A stretch of 64,000 nt of DNA from Alphaproteobacteria bacterium (GTDB lineage: Bacteria > Pseudomonadota > Alphaproteobacteria > MPNO01 > UBA830): positions 896,001 to 960,000 of the forward strand of contig OZ251539.1 of NCBI GenBank assembly GCA_965243135.1, written 5' to 3'. A program made the position numbers and the translations under genes. Positions within the stretch are counted from its first letter, which is position 1. Every line of letters starts with the position of its first letter. The notes beneath the pieces are model-generated. The model did no database searches and had not been told where the DNA came from. It worked only from the letters and a program-made list of their open reading frames with translations. Shown here piece by piece: positions 19,896-30,526 of the stretch.

Positions 19896-21188
19896 CTAAT
19901 CCGTCATCGGGGCGGTATTGCTCGGATCGCTCGACATGGTCGCCCGTAGAACGTTAAGTCTACTTTGCTCTTTTCTGGTTAATTTCTTGCTTAATCGCTT
20001 TCGATTGAGTTGGGCGAGTTCCTGCAGTTTCGCTTTCGATCGTTCCGATCTTGTTACATCCTCGCCGAAAAGCTCCGTGCTATAGGCATCCAGTATGTCG
20101 CCATCGGTCAAACGGTCCAGCTCGATTCCTGTAACCCGGCGAGGAAGATCCGAAGATCCGGGCGCGGGCAGCAACCAGACGCTTCCCTGGCGCGCTGAGC
20201 GGCATATGATTGGACTATGCGTGGTGACGAAGAATTGCGTGTCGGGAAAACGTTGGACAAACCAGTCGCCGATGAATTTTTGCCACGCAGGATGAAGATG
20301 GGCGTCGATTTCGTCGATCGCGACAACGCCGGAAAGCAGGACGGTTCCGGCTTTCCTGTCGATTTTCGAGCATGCCTCTTCCGTGCCGAAACGGACGAAC
20401 ATAATTCTCATGAGCTCGAACAGGAGGCCGAGAATTGATCGATATCCGTCGCTCATTTCTTCGATTGCAACCGTCGAACCATTGCCGTCGAGCAGCAGCA
20501 TGCGTTCGGCCGTCACTTTCTCTATGCGGACCCCGTGCGGCAATAGGTTGGCTGCGTTGACGAAATGAATTACCTCGTTCTGGATTTCCTTCGCTTCGCT
20601 ATCTCCTTCGAGCGCCCTGATCTGAAGGTCGCTCAACCACCGGAAGCTTTCGCGGAGGGCAACGTTTTCGCCGAGCGCGGACAAATGAGGGGCTAGCAAG
20701 GGATGACTCAAATAAAGCCTGTCCATTTCCGGATCCGAGCCGGAAAAACGTCGAAACGCTCCAAAGGAGGCGGAAAACCAACCGGAACCGTTCCAGATCG
20801 TTCTGTCACCATGGTTGCCATAGAATGCAACCCTTACCCTGTCTTGGTTTCCGGTTTCTTTTTTGAACGTTGTTTCGACATCAATATATTCGGCGCTTGT
20901 TCTGCCTCTTCCCGACCATCTGTCTTCCTTTCTGTGTTGTTTTAGCGTGCTGGAAATATGGCCGGATTTTTTGCCGTTTGAAAGCCACTTGGACCAGTCC
21001 TGACGGGTGGCCATGGCATTTTCCGGCCCAATGAAGGCCAACGCCAAGGCGCGAACGATAGTGGACTTTCCAGAACCGTTGTCGCCGAGAATTACATGCC
21101 AGCCCGACGATTTTTTATCTTGGCTGAGGTCGATGTCCAGCTCGTGCAAAGACCGTATGTTCCTGATCTTCAGCTGTAGAACATGCAT
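19896..21188 (-). CDS. ABC-type (AAA_15/AAA_21) ATPase, PtuA-like
   Basis: GDNGSGKST, MSDGYRS, IDEIDAHLHPAWQ, TTHSP; lower GC than flanks. Confidence 0.8.
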   Translation of the reverse strand: MHVLQLKIRNIRSLHELDIDLSQDKKSSGWHVILGDNGSGKSTIVRALALAFIGPENAMATRQDWSKWLSNGKKSGHISSTLKQHRKEDRWSGRGRTSAEYIDVETTFKKETGNQDRVRVAFYGNHGDRTIWNGSGWFSASFGAFRRFSGSDPEMDRLYLSHPLLAPHLSALGENVALRESFRWLSDLQIRALEGDSEAKEIQNEVIHFVNAANLLPHGVRIEKVTAERMLLLDGNGSTVAIEEMSDGYRSILGLLFELMRIMFVRFGTEEACSKIDRKAGTVLLSGVVAIDEIDAHLHPAWQKFIGDWFVQRFPDTQFFVTTHSPIICRSARQGSVWLLPAPGSSDLPRRVTGIELDRLTDGDILDAYSTELFGEDVTRSERSKAKLQELAQLNRKRLSKKLTRKEQSRLNVLRATMSSDPSNTAPMTD

Positions 21189-21547
21189 AGGGCGGCTCGC
21201 TGGGTACTATTGAACATCGAAAAACATCGTTGTTGGCTTGTCAAGCGTTGGCGCCGGCGCTTCCGGATTACGCTCTCCGTTCGCAAATGCAGGGATGGAA
21301 TGTTCTTTGCCCGCGCGGGTCGGTGCAGCCCGGTTCGAAAGCCCTTGGGGGGACGCGCTCGCGGGCTGCCAGTCGGCGCGTTTTCAGCTCGATTTCGTCG
21401 CCTTCGGGCCGCGCCGTCCGTCCAGCGAAGCGGCAGGCGCAGAGCGCGACTGCGCCCGGTTTCGATGCCATGCGGAGGCGCGTCGTTGCGTCCGCGTGAA
21501 AAATCGCTTTTCCGGGAAGCCGCGGCCGGAAACGGCCCGACAACCTC

Positions 21548-22318
21548 CTACAGCATCACTTCGCCGCCGCAGACGGCGATCGACTGCCCGGTGATGAAAG
21601 ACGAGGCGCCGGAGGCCAGAAACAGAAGCGTGCCCACCAGATCGTCGGTGGTTTCGCTCCGCTTGAGAATCCGCATGTTCTTGACGGCCTGGCGGCCTTC
21701 CTCGGTCATGATGGCGTGCTCGACTTCCGTTTCCGTGTAGCCCGGCATGACGGCGTTCACGTTGATGTTGTCGTCGCCCAGTTCCCGCGCCATCACGCGA
21801 GTCATTCCGACGACGGCCGCCTTCGAGGTGACGTAATGCATGAACCCGGTCGTGCCTTGGGGGACCGTGCCGGACGAGATGTTGATGATCCGTCCTCCTC
21901 CGGCAGCGCGCATCGCCGGCAGGACGGCCCGGGCGCACAGATAAGACCCGGTGACGTTCACGTTCATTACGCGGTTCCATTCGTCCAGCGGAATTTCCTC
22001 GAAACTGCGGCGTTCGAGCGTCGAGAAGATTGCGGCGTTGTTCACCAGAACGTCGATGCGCCCGTACGCGTCGAGCGCCTTGCTGGCCATTGCCTCGACC
22101 GAACTCTGCGAAGCGACGTCGGTTTCGACCGCGAGGGCCTTGCCGCCCTTGGCTTCGATTTCGCCGGCTACGCGGCGGGCATTCGCGCCATCGAGTTCGG
22201 CGACGACCGGCACGGCGCCCGCTTCCGCGAACGCATGCGCGTACTTGCGCCCGATGCCTTGTCCCGCGCCGGTGATGACGACGACTTTTCCCTCCACGCC
22301 AAAAAGATTCGAGGCCAT
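21548..22318 (-). CDS. Short-chain dehydrogenase/reductase
   Basis: TGAGQGIG, NNA, YVTSK. Confidence 0.92.
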   Translation of the reverse strand: MASNLFGVEGKVVVITGAGQGIGRKYAHAFAEAGAVPVVAELDGANARRVAGEIEAKGGKALAVETDVASQSSVEAMASKALDAYGRIDVLVNNAAIFSTLERRSFEEIPLDEWNRVMNVNVTGSYLCARAVLPAMRAAGGGRIINISSGTVPQGTTGFMHYVTSKAAVVGMTRVMARELGDDNINVNAVMPGYTETEVEHAIMTEEGRQAVKNMRILKRSETTDDLVGTLLFLASGASSFITGQSIAVCGGEVML

Positions 22319-22600
22319 GATTCTTCTCCCTGCCGGTATCGTTTCGCGCTCTTGCGTCCGGGACCGGACGGCCGCCGCCAGCAGGCGGCTTGTAACGCAA
22401 CGCTTTCCGCGTGTCGACCGGATCGCGGCGGCTCTCGGCGGACGCGCCGCGAAAAGGCCGGGTCGAAAGTTCCGGCCTCCGGACGCTGGCGCGCTGCGGA
22501 CGAACGCGCTTGCCGTTCGCTTTGGGCTCGCTTCCGTTTACCCGGCGATGACGCGATGTTACGCTTTTTCGCAGCGACGCCTTGGTGGGGATGGTGCGCC

Positions 22601-23934
22601 GTGCAGACTGCCTTCACGAGCGAGCAACTCGCGAAACCGCACATTTCCGCCGCCGACGGGATCCTGAAGGATTGCGTGCATTACGGGTTCTGCACGGCGG
22701 TTTGTCCGACTTACGTTCTGCTTCGCGACGAGAACGACGCGCCGCGCGGCCGGATAGATCTCATCAGAGAAATGCTGGAGGCTGGCGGCGAGCCGTCGCC
22801 GCGAACGGTCGGATACATCGATCGTTGCCTGTCCTGCAACGCCTGCATGACCACCTGCGCCGCCAAGGTCGACTACATGCACCTTGTCGACATTGCGCGC
22901 GCGTATATCGAGCGGCATTACCGCCGTCCGTTGGGCGACCGGCTTCTGCGCCGCCTGATCGCCTTTTCCGTCTCGAGTCCGTCCCGCTTTCGCCTGGCCG
23001 TGAAGGCGGCCGCGTTGTGGGCTCCGTTCCGTCATGCGTTGCCGGGGGCCGGCTGGGCAATCTGATCGACATGGCGCGTCGGGTTCCGGCGTCCCGGGAA
23101 AGCGGAACCGCTTCGGGAGTCTACCAGCCGGAAGGAAAACGGCGGGCGCGGGTGGCGTTGCTTGCCGGATGCGTGCAGGAGGCGGTCGCGCCGCACCTGA
23201 ACGGGGCGGCGATTCGCCTGTTGACCCGGCACGGTTGCGAGGTCGTCGTCGCCCCCGGTTGTTGCGGGGCGCTCGCCCTCCATATGGGCCGGGAGCGGTC
23301 CGCGAAGGCGGCGGCCCGCCAATGCGTATCGGCATGGTCTCGCGAGATCGAGGCCGGCGGGCTGGACGCGATCGTCGCCAGCGCGGCGGGCTGCGGCACG
23401 ACGGTCAAGGACTACGGCCGCATATTCGATGCGGATGAAGCGGAGAGGGCGCGGGAAATCGCGGCGCGGGCGCGGGACGTGACGGAGGTGCTTCACGGGA
23501 TCGGGTTGCGTCCGCTGCAAGGCGGCCTCCCGCTGAAGGTAGCCTATCACGACGCCTGCTCGCTGCAGCATGCCCAGAAGGTCTTTCGACAGCCGCGCGA
23601 GCTGTTGCGCGCAGCGGGATTTTCGGTGGTCGACGTGCCGGAGAGGCATTTTTGCTGCGGCTCGGCCGGAGCGTACAACATGCTTCAGCCCGAAATCGCG
23701 CGGGAATTGGGGCAGCGGAAGGCGGAGCGCATCGAAGAAACCGGCGCGGCGGCGGTCGCCGCCGGGAACCTGGGATGCATGACGCAGATCGGTTTCTTCA
23801 CCGAACTGCCGATCGTCCATACGGTCGAACTGCTGGATTGGGCCACGGGCGGTCCGATGCCTCGAGCGCTGGAAGGCAGGGAATTGACGGCGGACGAGAG
23901 CGGGGATCCATCCGGCGCGCCCGCCGTCTGGTAG
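22601..23934 (+). pseudogene. glcF: Glycolate oxidase Fe-S subunit GlcF-like, frameshifted near 23044-23048
   Basis: MQTAFTSEQL..CVHYGFCTAVCP, CLSCNACMTTC, then CCG domains in another frame; switch at a GGGGG run. Confidence 0.85.
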
Positions 23935-23952
23935 CGACAGGGAGGATTGGCC

Positions 23953-25473
23953 ATGAACGAAGGACTCGCGGGGTTCCTGAAGCGGATCGAAGGCGAACTT
24001 GGCTCCGCCGGGGTCGACGTCGCCGACGATACGCTGGCCCGTTACGGAGAAAACACCATGCCCTCGGGCGACCGCCGTCCCGCCGCGGTCCTGTTTCCGG
24101 GGTCAACGGCCGAAGTGCAGGCGATCGTTCGCGCCGCGAACGAGTTCCGGACGCCGCTCTTTCCCATGTCGACGGGCTGCAACATAGGTCTCGGAACGCG
24201 GTCCGCGCCGGCCGCGGGCATGGTCGTCGTCGACTGCGGCAGGCGCATGAACAGGATACTCGAGGTCGACGATGTCCTCGGTTACGCGGCGGTCGAGCCG
24301 GGCGTCAGCTTTCGCATGATGGCCGAGGAATTGCAGCGTCTGGGCGGCCGCTGGATGATTTCCACCACGTCCGGACCGCCGGAAGGCGGGATGATCGGCA
24401 ACGCCCTCGACAAGGGAGCGGGCTACGGCCCGTATTTCGATCACTTCGGATTTTCCTGCGGAATGGAGGTGGTGCTCGGCAACGGCGAGATCCTGCGCAC
24501 CGGCGACGGTTCCATCGAGCACGAGGATCTCATCAACTGGCACGTGTCGAAGTATTGCTTCGGTCCGGTTCTCGACGGCCTGTTCGCGCAGTCGAACTTC
24601 GGGATCGTTACGCGGCTGGGAATCTGGATGTTGCCGCGGCCGCCGGCCGTCAGATCGTTCCACTTCGCGTTTCCCGACGACGGCGACCTGGAAGAAATCG
24701 TCGAACTCTGCCGGCCGCTCAAGATGTCCAATTTCGTGCCGTCGCTGTTTCGGATCTCGAACGACCTTTACCTGGTCGGCACCGAGGACACGCATCCGGA
24801 GTACGAAGCGACGGGCGGGCGCGCATCCGTCAGCGACGAAGCGCGCCGGGAGTTGCGCGCGAAGCACGGAGTCGGCGCGTGGACCGCGTCCGGAGCCTTT
24901 TACGGTCCGTCGATGGAAGCGCTTGACCAACAGATCGATCGCGTGCGCGCTCACTTCACGGCTTCCGGAAAGGCGAAATACGTCCCGCATGAGGAGGCCG
25001 AATCGATGCCGCCCCTCAAATGCGCCATCGATTCGTTTTCGGGGGTTCCGACCGCCGCCGAACTCGGTTTGCTCAAGTGGAGGCCCGGCGGCGGCAACGC
25101 CTGGTTCACGCCGGGCACTCCGATGAACGGCAGGATCGCAAACGAGTTTCAGAGGCTCGGGCGCGAAATTTACGAACGGAACGGTCTCGACTACACCTGC
25201 ATGAACGTAGCGGGTCCGCGATTCGCCCGCGGCCTTCACGTGATCACGTTCAACCGGGAGAGCGAGGACGAGAGCGCGCGCGCCGACCGGACCTACCGGG
25301 AGCTTGCGGAGGCGTATCTCGCGCGCGGCGTCTCGGTCGGCAGGGCGCCGATCGACTGGCACGATTTCCACCTGGAGCGGGCCATGCCGTCGTTCCGGCG
25401 CGCCTGCGGCGAAATAAAGAAAGCGCTCGATCCGAACGGCGTGATCGCCCCCGGGCGCTATGGAATCGCGTGA
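23953..25473 (+). CDS. FAD-linked oxidoreductase, vanillyl-alcohol oxidase/p-cresol methylhydroxylase family
   Basis: STGCNIGLG, VEPGV, GNALDKGAGY, LFAQSNFGIVT, LDPNGVIAPGRY. Confidence 0.85.
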   Translation: MNEGLAGFLKRIEGELGSAGVDVADDTLARYGENTMPSGDRRPAAVLFPGSTAEVQAIVRAANEFRTPLFPMSTGCNIGLGTRSAPAAGMVVVDCGRRMNRILEVDDVLGYAAVEPGVSFRMMAEELQRLGGRWMISTTSGPPEGGMIGNALDKGAGYGPYFDHFGFSCGMEVVLGNGEILRTGDGSIEHEDLINWHVSKYCFGPVLDGLFAQSNFGIVTRLGIWMLPRPPAVRSFHFAFPDDGDLEEIVELCRPLKMSNFVPSLFRISNDLYLVGTEDTHPEYEATGGRASVSDEARRELRAKHGVGAWTASGAFYGPSMEALDQQIDRVRAHFTASGKAKYVPHEEAESMPPLKCAIDSFSGVPTAAELGLLKWRPGGGNAWFTPGTPMNGRIANEFQRLGREIYERNGLDYTCMNVAGPRFARGLHVITFNRESEDESARADRTYRELAEAYLARGVSVGRAPIDWHDFHLERAMPSFRRACGEIKKALDPNGVIAPGRYGIA

Positions 25474-25771
25474 ACCGAACGCAAGCGCCCGGCCGCCGGC
25501 CGAAACGCGAGGCGGCCGGGTCCGCGGCGCGGCACCGTAGCGGCTCGCCTTCGTTTTGACGATCGGCCGTCCGGGCGGCCGTCGCGAACCGACGCGCGAA
25601 CGGCTGGAGCGATCCGTGGGTCGCCGACGGTCGAAAAAAAATAACGCAAGATTAGGGTTGATAGATTCGCATCTTGCGGTATTGTTGCGCTCGGGTTGTC
25701 TGGAATTCGGCGTAACGGGCGTCCTGAAGCTTCGCAACCCGCAGGCCGATTAGCATCGAGGAGCAAATAAA

Positions 25772-26047
25772 ATGAAGCGTCTCAAATATCTTGTCGTCGC
25801 CGTGGCGCCGGTTCTCTTCGCCGCGGGTTGCGAGATGTCCCTCAACAAGGAAGACCGGGCAATGCTCGAGAAGGCCAGCGCCGCCGCCGCGGAGGCGCAG
25901 ACCTCCGCCGCCGCCGCCATCGCCGCTTCCAAGAATGCGGCCGATACTGCGCAAGCCGCCGCGGATGCCGCCAAGATGGCCGCCGCCGAAGCCAAGGCTG
26001 CGGGCGACAAGGCCGATCGCATTTTCCAGAAGAATCTCCGCAAGTAG
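25772..26047 (+). CDS. Lpp/OprI-like alanine-zipper lipoprotein
   Basis: Lipobox AAGC, Ala-rich coiled coil, C-terminal KADRIFQKNLRK; GAGGAG RBS. Confidence 0.8.
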   Translation: MKRLKYLVVAVAPVLFAAGCEMSLNKEDRAMLEKASAAAAEAQTSAAAAIAASKNAADTAQAAADAAKMAAAEAKAAGDKADRIFQKNLRK

Positions 26048-26048
26048 C

Positions 26049-26987
26049 TCAACCCGGAGGAGTCGCCAGCACGGGAACGGGAACGCCTCGGCGTTCCCGG
26101 GCGGCTCTTCCGACCGCGGTCCAGTCGATTCGGTCCCGGTCGAACCCGGCCGCGCGTGCGACCTTGAATTCCAGTTCCGCGGGCTGGAACGGCGTGAACG
26201 TTCCTGTCTGCTCGATTTCGTCCGCCTGTTCCTGGTCGGGGTGCACTTCGAGCCAGAGCTGGCCCTCGTGGCGAGCGAGCTTGACGTCTTGGTCCACCAC
26301 TCTCACCGGCATCCCGATCTGAACGTCGCCGTACAGACGCGAGATGTCCTCGGGATAGAGTCTCACGCAGCCGTGACTCACGCGGCGCCCCACGCCGTAG
26401 GGTTTGTTGGTGCCGTGGATCAGGTAGGAAGGCCATTCGAGATAGAGCGCATGTTTGCCGAGCGGATTGTCGGGCCCCGGCCGCACGATGGCGGGCAGTT
26501 CCGGCTGGTCCTTCTGCACCGACTTGGGCACGTACCATGTCGGGTTGCGCTGCTTTCGGACGATTTTCGTCGACCCGGTGGGCGTATTCCACCCCAGGTT
26601 GCCGATGCCGAGCGGCGCGGTGTCCACGGTTCGGTTGTCCGGGCGGAAGAAATAAAGCCGCTGGTCCGCGAGGTTGAGAACGAGCCCTTCGCGAGGCGCG
26701 TCGGGCAGAACGTGCCCGGTGGGAAGGGTCAGCTCGACGTCCGCGCCCGGCACCCACGGATCGACGCCGGGGTTGGCGGCGACGATTTCCGTGTAGCCCA
26801 ATCCGGACGCGCGAGCGATGTCCACCAGGGAATCGGAATAGCGGGTCGTGTGGGTGCGGGTTGCGCCGACGATCGCCGGATAGCCGTCCCGTTCGCCGGC
26901 CGCGCGTTTCGCGGCCGCGAGCGAAAACGCCGCCGCGAGCGACGCGCAGAAACCTCGACGACCGATATCAGGCATTGAATTCATCAC
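26049..26987 (-). CDS. L,D-transpeptidase (ErfK/YbiS/YkuD family)
   Basis: PGPDNPLG, YLIHGTN..GVGRRVSHGCVRL; RRGF Tat-like signal; ANPGVDPW N-terminal domain. Confidence 0.92.
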   Translation of the reverse strand: MMNSMPDIGRRGFCASLAAAFSLAAAKRAAGERDGYPAIVGATRTHTTRYSDSLVDIARASGLGYTEIVAANPGVDPWVPGADVELTLPTGHVLPDAPREGLVLNLADQRLYFFRPDNRTVDTAPLGIGNLGWNTPTGSTKIVRKQRNPTWYVPKSVQKDQPELPAIVRPGPDNPLGKHALYLEWPSYLIHGTNKPYGVGRRVSHGCVRLYPEDISRLYGDVQIGMPVRVVDQDVKLARHEGQLWLEVHPDQEQADEIEQTGTFTPFQPAELEFKVARAAGFDRDRIDWTAVGRAARERRGVPVPVLATPPG

Positions 26988-27240
26988 GTTTACTATATGC
27001 CATCAAGACCGGGCGTTTGCAACGCGCGATTCGCCGAACCTCGCGCGCCGTCTTCGTCTTTGGGTGCGCCGGCCGAAAGACTCGCCGCGAACGAGCGGCG
27101 GGCATGCTTCGTCGCTGCGGCGCGTTTCCGGCGCTGGCGCGCGAGATGCTCGGCGGGCTTGCCGATCGTCCGCCGCGCCGGATTCCCGACCGGGAAGTCT
27201 TCGGTTATAGTGAGGCTGCGCGTTGAAGGAGGACAGTCCT

Positions 27241-27852
27241 TTGAAGAGAGTGATCGTCGGCATTACCGGTGCCACCGGCACCATATACGGCGTGCGGCTC
27301 ATGGAGCTGATGCGCGACGACGGGGAAATCGAGATTCACCTGATCATGAGCCGGTCGGCCAAGCTGACGCTCAAGATGGAGCACGACCTCGATCTCGACT
27401 ATATCAACGGCCTCGCTCACGACGTGCACGAGCCGGGAAACATCGGCGCCTCGATCTCGTCCGGATCGTTTCATTCCGAAGGGATGATCATCGCTCCCTG
27501 CTCGATCAAGACGATGTCCAACATCGCCATGGGCAATACCGGCGATTTGATCAGCAGGGCCGCCGACGTGATTCTCAAGGAAAGCCGCAAGCTGGTCGTC
27601 GCGATACGCGAGACGCCGTTGCATCTGGGCCATATCGAGAATCTCGCGAAACTCGCGCGCATCGGCGCGGTGATATTTCCGCCGGTGCCGGCGTTCTACA
27701 ACCGCCCCAGTTCGCTTCGGGACATCGTCGACCAGTCCTGCATGCGCATGCTCGATCAGATCGGCGTTCACATCGAATCCGCCCCCCGCTGGGGCGAGGA
27801 GGGCGGGGTTCCCGCAGTCGGCCAGAAGATAGAAGGCGGAAAGGTATCGTAG
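27241..27852 (+). CDS. ubiX: Flavin prenyltransferase UbiX family
   Basis: VGITGATG, IAPCSIKT, RAADV.LKE, RETPL. Confidence 0.92.
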   Translation: MKRVIVGITGATGTIYGVRLMELMRDDGEIEIHLIMSRSAKLTLKMEHDLDLDYINGLAHDVHEPGNIGASISSGSFHSEGMIIAPCSIKTMSNIAMGNTGDLISRAADVILKESRKLVVAIRETPLHLGHIENLAKLARIGAVIFPPVPAFYNRPSSLRDIVDQSCMRMLDQIGVHIESAPRWGEEGGVPAVGQKIEGGKVS

Positions 27853-27859
27853 CGGCGAG

Positions 27860-28630
27860 TCATTCAAGGCGCAGACTGACCTCGCCCAGCCCGTCGAGAT
27901 GGATTTCCGCGGCGCAGGGGAAGCGGTCCAGCCAGACGACCGGCGTGACGGAACCCGTCAGAACGATCTCTCCCTCGCGCAGTTTCCGGCCTTGCGCCCG
28001 GAGCGCGTTGGCGAGCCATGCGACCGCCTCCAGCGGATGGCCCATCACGTCGGCGCCGACGCCTCTTCCGCGTTCCGTTCCGTCGATCAGAACGCGTCCC
28101 GCGACCGCGGCGAGGTCGATCTTCCGGGCGGTTCCGGAACCCAGAACGCAAGCTTTGTGGAAGAAGTCGTCGGCGACGAGCGTGGGCGCGCCCCGCGCCA
28201 GAAAGTCGCCGTATCTGTTTTCGACGATTTCGACCGCCGGCAACGCGCGGTCCACGAGGCCGCCCGCCGCGTCGCGGTCGTAGAGCGAATCGTCCGCGTC
28301 GCGACCGATGCGAACCGCGATCTCGCATTCGATTCCCGGATTGATCAGACCGGCGCTATCGAGCGCCGCGCCGCTGCGGTGCGTGTTGCTCGAAAGCATG
28401 CGGCCGAAAGCCGGCCCGTCGACGCCGAGATAGCGCTGCATGGAGCGCGTGGTCGCGCCGATCTTCCAGCCGGACAACGCGTCCGACGCTCCGAGGATCC
28501 GGTGCAGCGCCGCTTGCACGGCGTACGCTTCGGATAAGTCTCCCGGCCGGTCCCGTTCGGCGAGTTCCGGAACCGGACGCGCCGCCAGCCGCGCCTCGCC
28601 GAGGAGCGCCGCGGTGCGGGCCGCGTCCAT
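27860..28630 (-). CDS. 2-keto-4-pentenoate hydratase / FAH family
   Basis: GWKIGAT, IECEIA, EIVENRY, GHPLEAVAWLAN, LTGS. Confidence 0.85.
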   Translation of the reverse strand: MDAARTAALLGEARLAARPVPELAERDRPGDLSEAYAVQAALHRILGASDALSGWKIGATTRSMQRYLGVDGPAFGRMLSSNTHRSGAALDSAGLINPGIECEIAVRIGRDADDSLYDRDAAGGLVDRALPAVEIVENRYGDFLARGAPTLVADDFFHKACVLGSGTARKIDLAAVAGRVLIDGTERGRGVGADVMGHPLEAVAWLANALRAQGRKLREGEIVLTGSVTPVVWLDRFPCAAEIHLDGLGEVSLRLE

Positions 28631-29349
28631 CACGAAATCGGTTTTTCGTCCTCGAAGTCCTTCGCCCGCCTGCTCTCGTTGAGAGCGACCTGGGCGCGGC
28701 AACGGCTCCAGATCTCGCTCCCGTAATACTCGGTGAAATCGTCGTAGATCCGCTGGTAGGGAAGATCCGACCACGTGCCGTGGTTGGCGACGTATTGCAT
28801 GTGCTGGCGGCCGCGCTTGTCGAACTCCTGAAGCAGCGCGTCGCCGACCCCGTCGAACTCGGTCGGCGTCACGTCGAACTTGTCGCAGAGTTCGATGTTG
28901 AAGGCCGGCGCCGCTTTCACCCACCGGTCCTCGATCAGCATCACCGCGTATCCGTGATGAAGGAACAGATCCTTGCCGCCCATCGCGTCGCGAAGCCGTC
29001 GGCTGCACAGGTGATTCGTCACGTCCGACAATCCGATGGCGGTCGGGATGCCGACGTACCGGGTCACGGCGGCGAGCAGCGAGGCCTTGGGGATGCAGAA
29101 AGCGGCGCCGGTTTCGAGCACGTTGCTCGCTTTGTAGGCGTCGGGGTCGTCGACGATTCGGTACGGGTCGTAGCGAATCGAATCCCGCACGGCGTAGAAC
29201 GCGTTGACGGCCTTTTCCCGGTCCGTGGCCGCGCCATCGATCGCGCGGTCGGCGAACTCGCGGATTTTCGAATTGCCGTGGTCGAGGAAGGGAGTCGCCT
29301 CCAAGTATTCTTCGGATGGTTCCGGATATCCGGTTTCAAGAAACTGCAT
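28630..29349 (-). CDS. Transglutaminase-like protein
   Basis: VRDSIRYDPY, FCIPKA (Cys), HHGY (His). Confidence 0.8.
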   Translation of the reverse strand: MQFLETGYPEPSEEYLEATPFLDHGNSKIREFADRAIDGAATDREKAVNAFYAVRDSIRYDPYRIVDDPDAYKASNVLETGAAFCIPKASLLAAVTRYVGIPTAIGLSDVTNHLCSRRLRDAMGGKDLFLHHGYAVMLIEDRWVKAAPAFNIELCDKFDVTPTEFDGVGDALLQEFDKRGRQHMQYVANHGTWSDLPYQRIYDDFTEYYGSEIWSRCRAQVALNESRRAKDFEDEKPIS

Positions 29350-29466
29350 CGTCTGGCCTCGATGTTGACGGAGCGGAAACATAAGGCGGCGGCGCGCGGA
29401 CGACAAGCCTTGCCGCGCGTCGCCGCGGCCGTTCCCCGGAATGCGGCGGACCGGTCGCGCGCCGGC

Positions 29467-30485
29467 CGTCAAGAACATTTTGAACTGGTACATACCAAAT
29501 TAATTGACCGCTTCCGTTGCGGTGATTGGGCCTGCGGGGAAGCGGTCAGGCGCGAAGCGGCTGTCCACGCCTCCGGCGCGTCGAAGCGGGGCCTGCCGGG
29601 TTGCGGTCGGAGATCCGTCGGCCCTGTAGAGAGCGAGGCGTCCGGGGCCGTGGAAGACGGCAAGGGCGTGGTCGGGGTACTCGTGGACCCAAACCCTGAC
29701 CTTGACGTAGTGGTGACGGTCGGCCTGCAGGGTGCGTCCCTTGTACCGCGTGTCGTTCGAGCCGTTCCTCGTGGACGCAGAGGATGTCGTCCAGGGCGCC
29801 GGCGAAGTGCACGAAGGCCGACCCCCTCGGGCGGGGTCGCGAAGCGCCGGTTGCGGTCCGGCAGGTAGACCTGCGTGAGGAAACGGTTAGCCTCGGCCAT
29901 GTCGGCGGCGAGCCTGAGTTCCTGGAGCAGGCGCTGCTGCAAGGTGCCGAACCTCCGAGCGCCCACGGGCTTCAGGCGCGTAGGCGGCGACATGCTCGAC
30001 GCCGGCGAAGGGCGCGCCCGACCTGGGTCGGGTTGTCCTTGTCCACCTTGCCGCCGGCCTCGGGCGTGTGGAAGTAGCGGTTGCCGGTGTAGAGCGAGCG
30101 GAACAGCCCGCGCTCGCCGACCACCTCGCGAAGCGCCTGGAAAGGGTGCCTTCCTCGGCGACGAAGAAGGCCGGTTCGCTGGTGGCGTCGTCCATGGTGA
30201 CGCCCACGGCCGATCGGGCACCCACTCGTGGCGCGAGCCGTCCTGGTGCAGCGCCGGGGGCAGCGCCCGGCACGGGTGCTTGCGCCGGTGGGCGGCGCGG
30301 CTTGCGTGCGGCCATGGGCTTGCAACGTCAGCCGGACGTAGCTGCGCTGGACGCCATGGCTCAGTACCATGGGTGCGACGCCTCCTTTCTCAGTCCCTGT
30401 CGCTATTCCGTCCGCCGCCACCTCCCTGGTCTGGAAGCGTTCTAAACAGGGTACATGGACCGGACATACCGACATGTTAATGACG
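29467..30485 (-). mobile_element. Degraded ISNCY/IS481-like insertion sequence
   Basis: Multi-frame remnants RRTE.QGLR, TMDDATSE, YFHTPEAGGKVDKDNPTQVGRAL, AYAPEARGRSE, FGTLQ.RL; ends CGTCA.../...TGACG; no TSD seen. Confidence 0.75.
30431..30466. repeat. 36-bp repeat copy 1 (IS left-end core)
   Basis: CTGGAAGCGTTCTAAACAGGGTACATGGACCGGACA identical at 32104 and 35166. Confidence 0.95.
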
Positions 30486-30491
30486 CTCTCC

Positions 30492-30526
30492 TTGACGGTT
30501 CCGGCATGGCGGCCTACCCTCTTCGG
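30492..30526 (+). promoter_or_regulatory. Sigma70-like promoter, leaderless configuration
   Basis: TTGACG-17 bp-TACCCT-6 bp-ATG; conserved before the paralogs. Confidence 0.65.
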
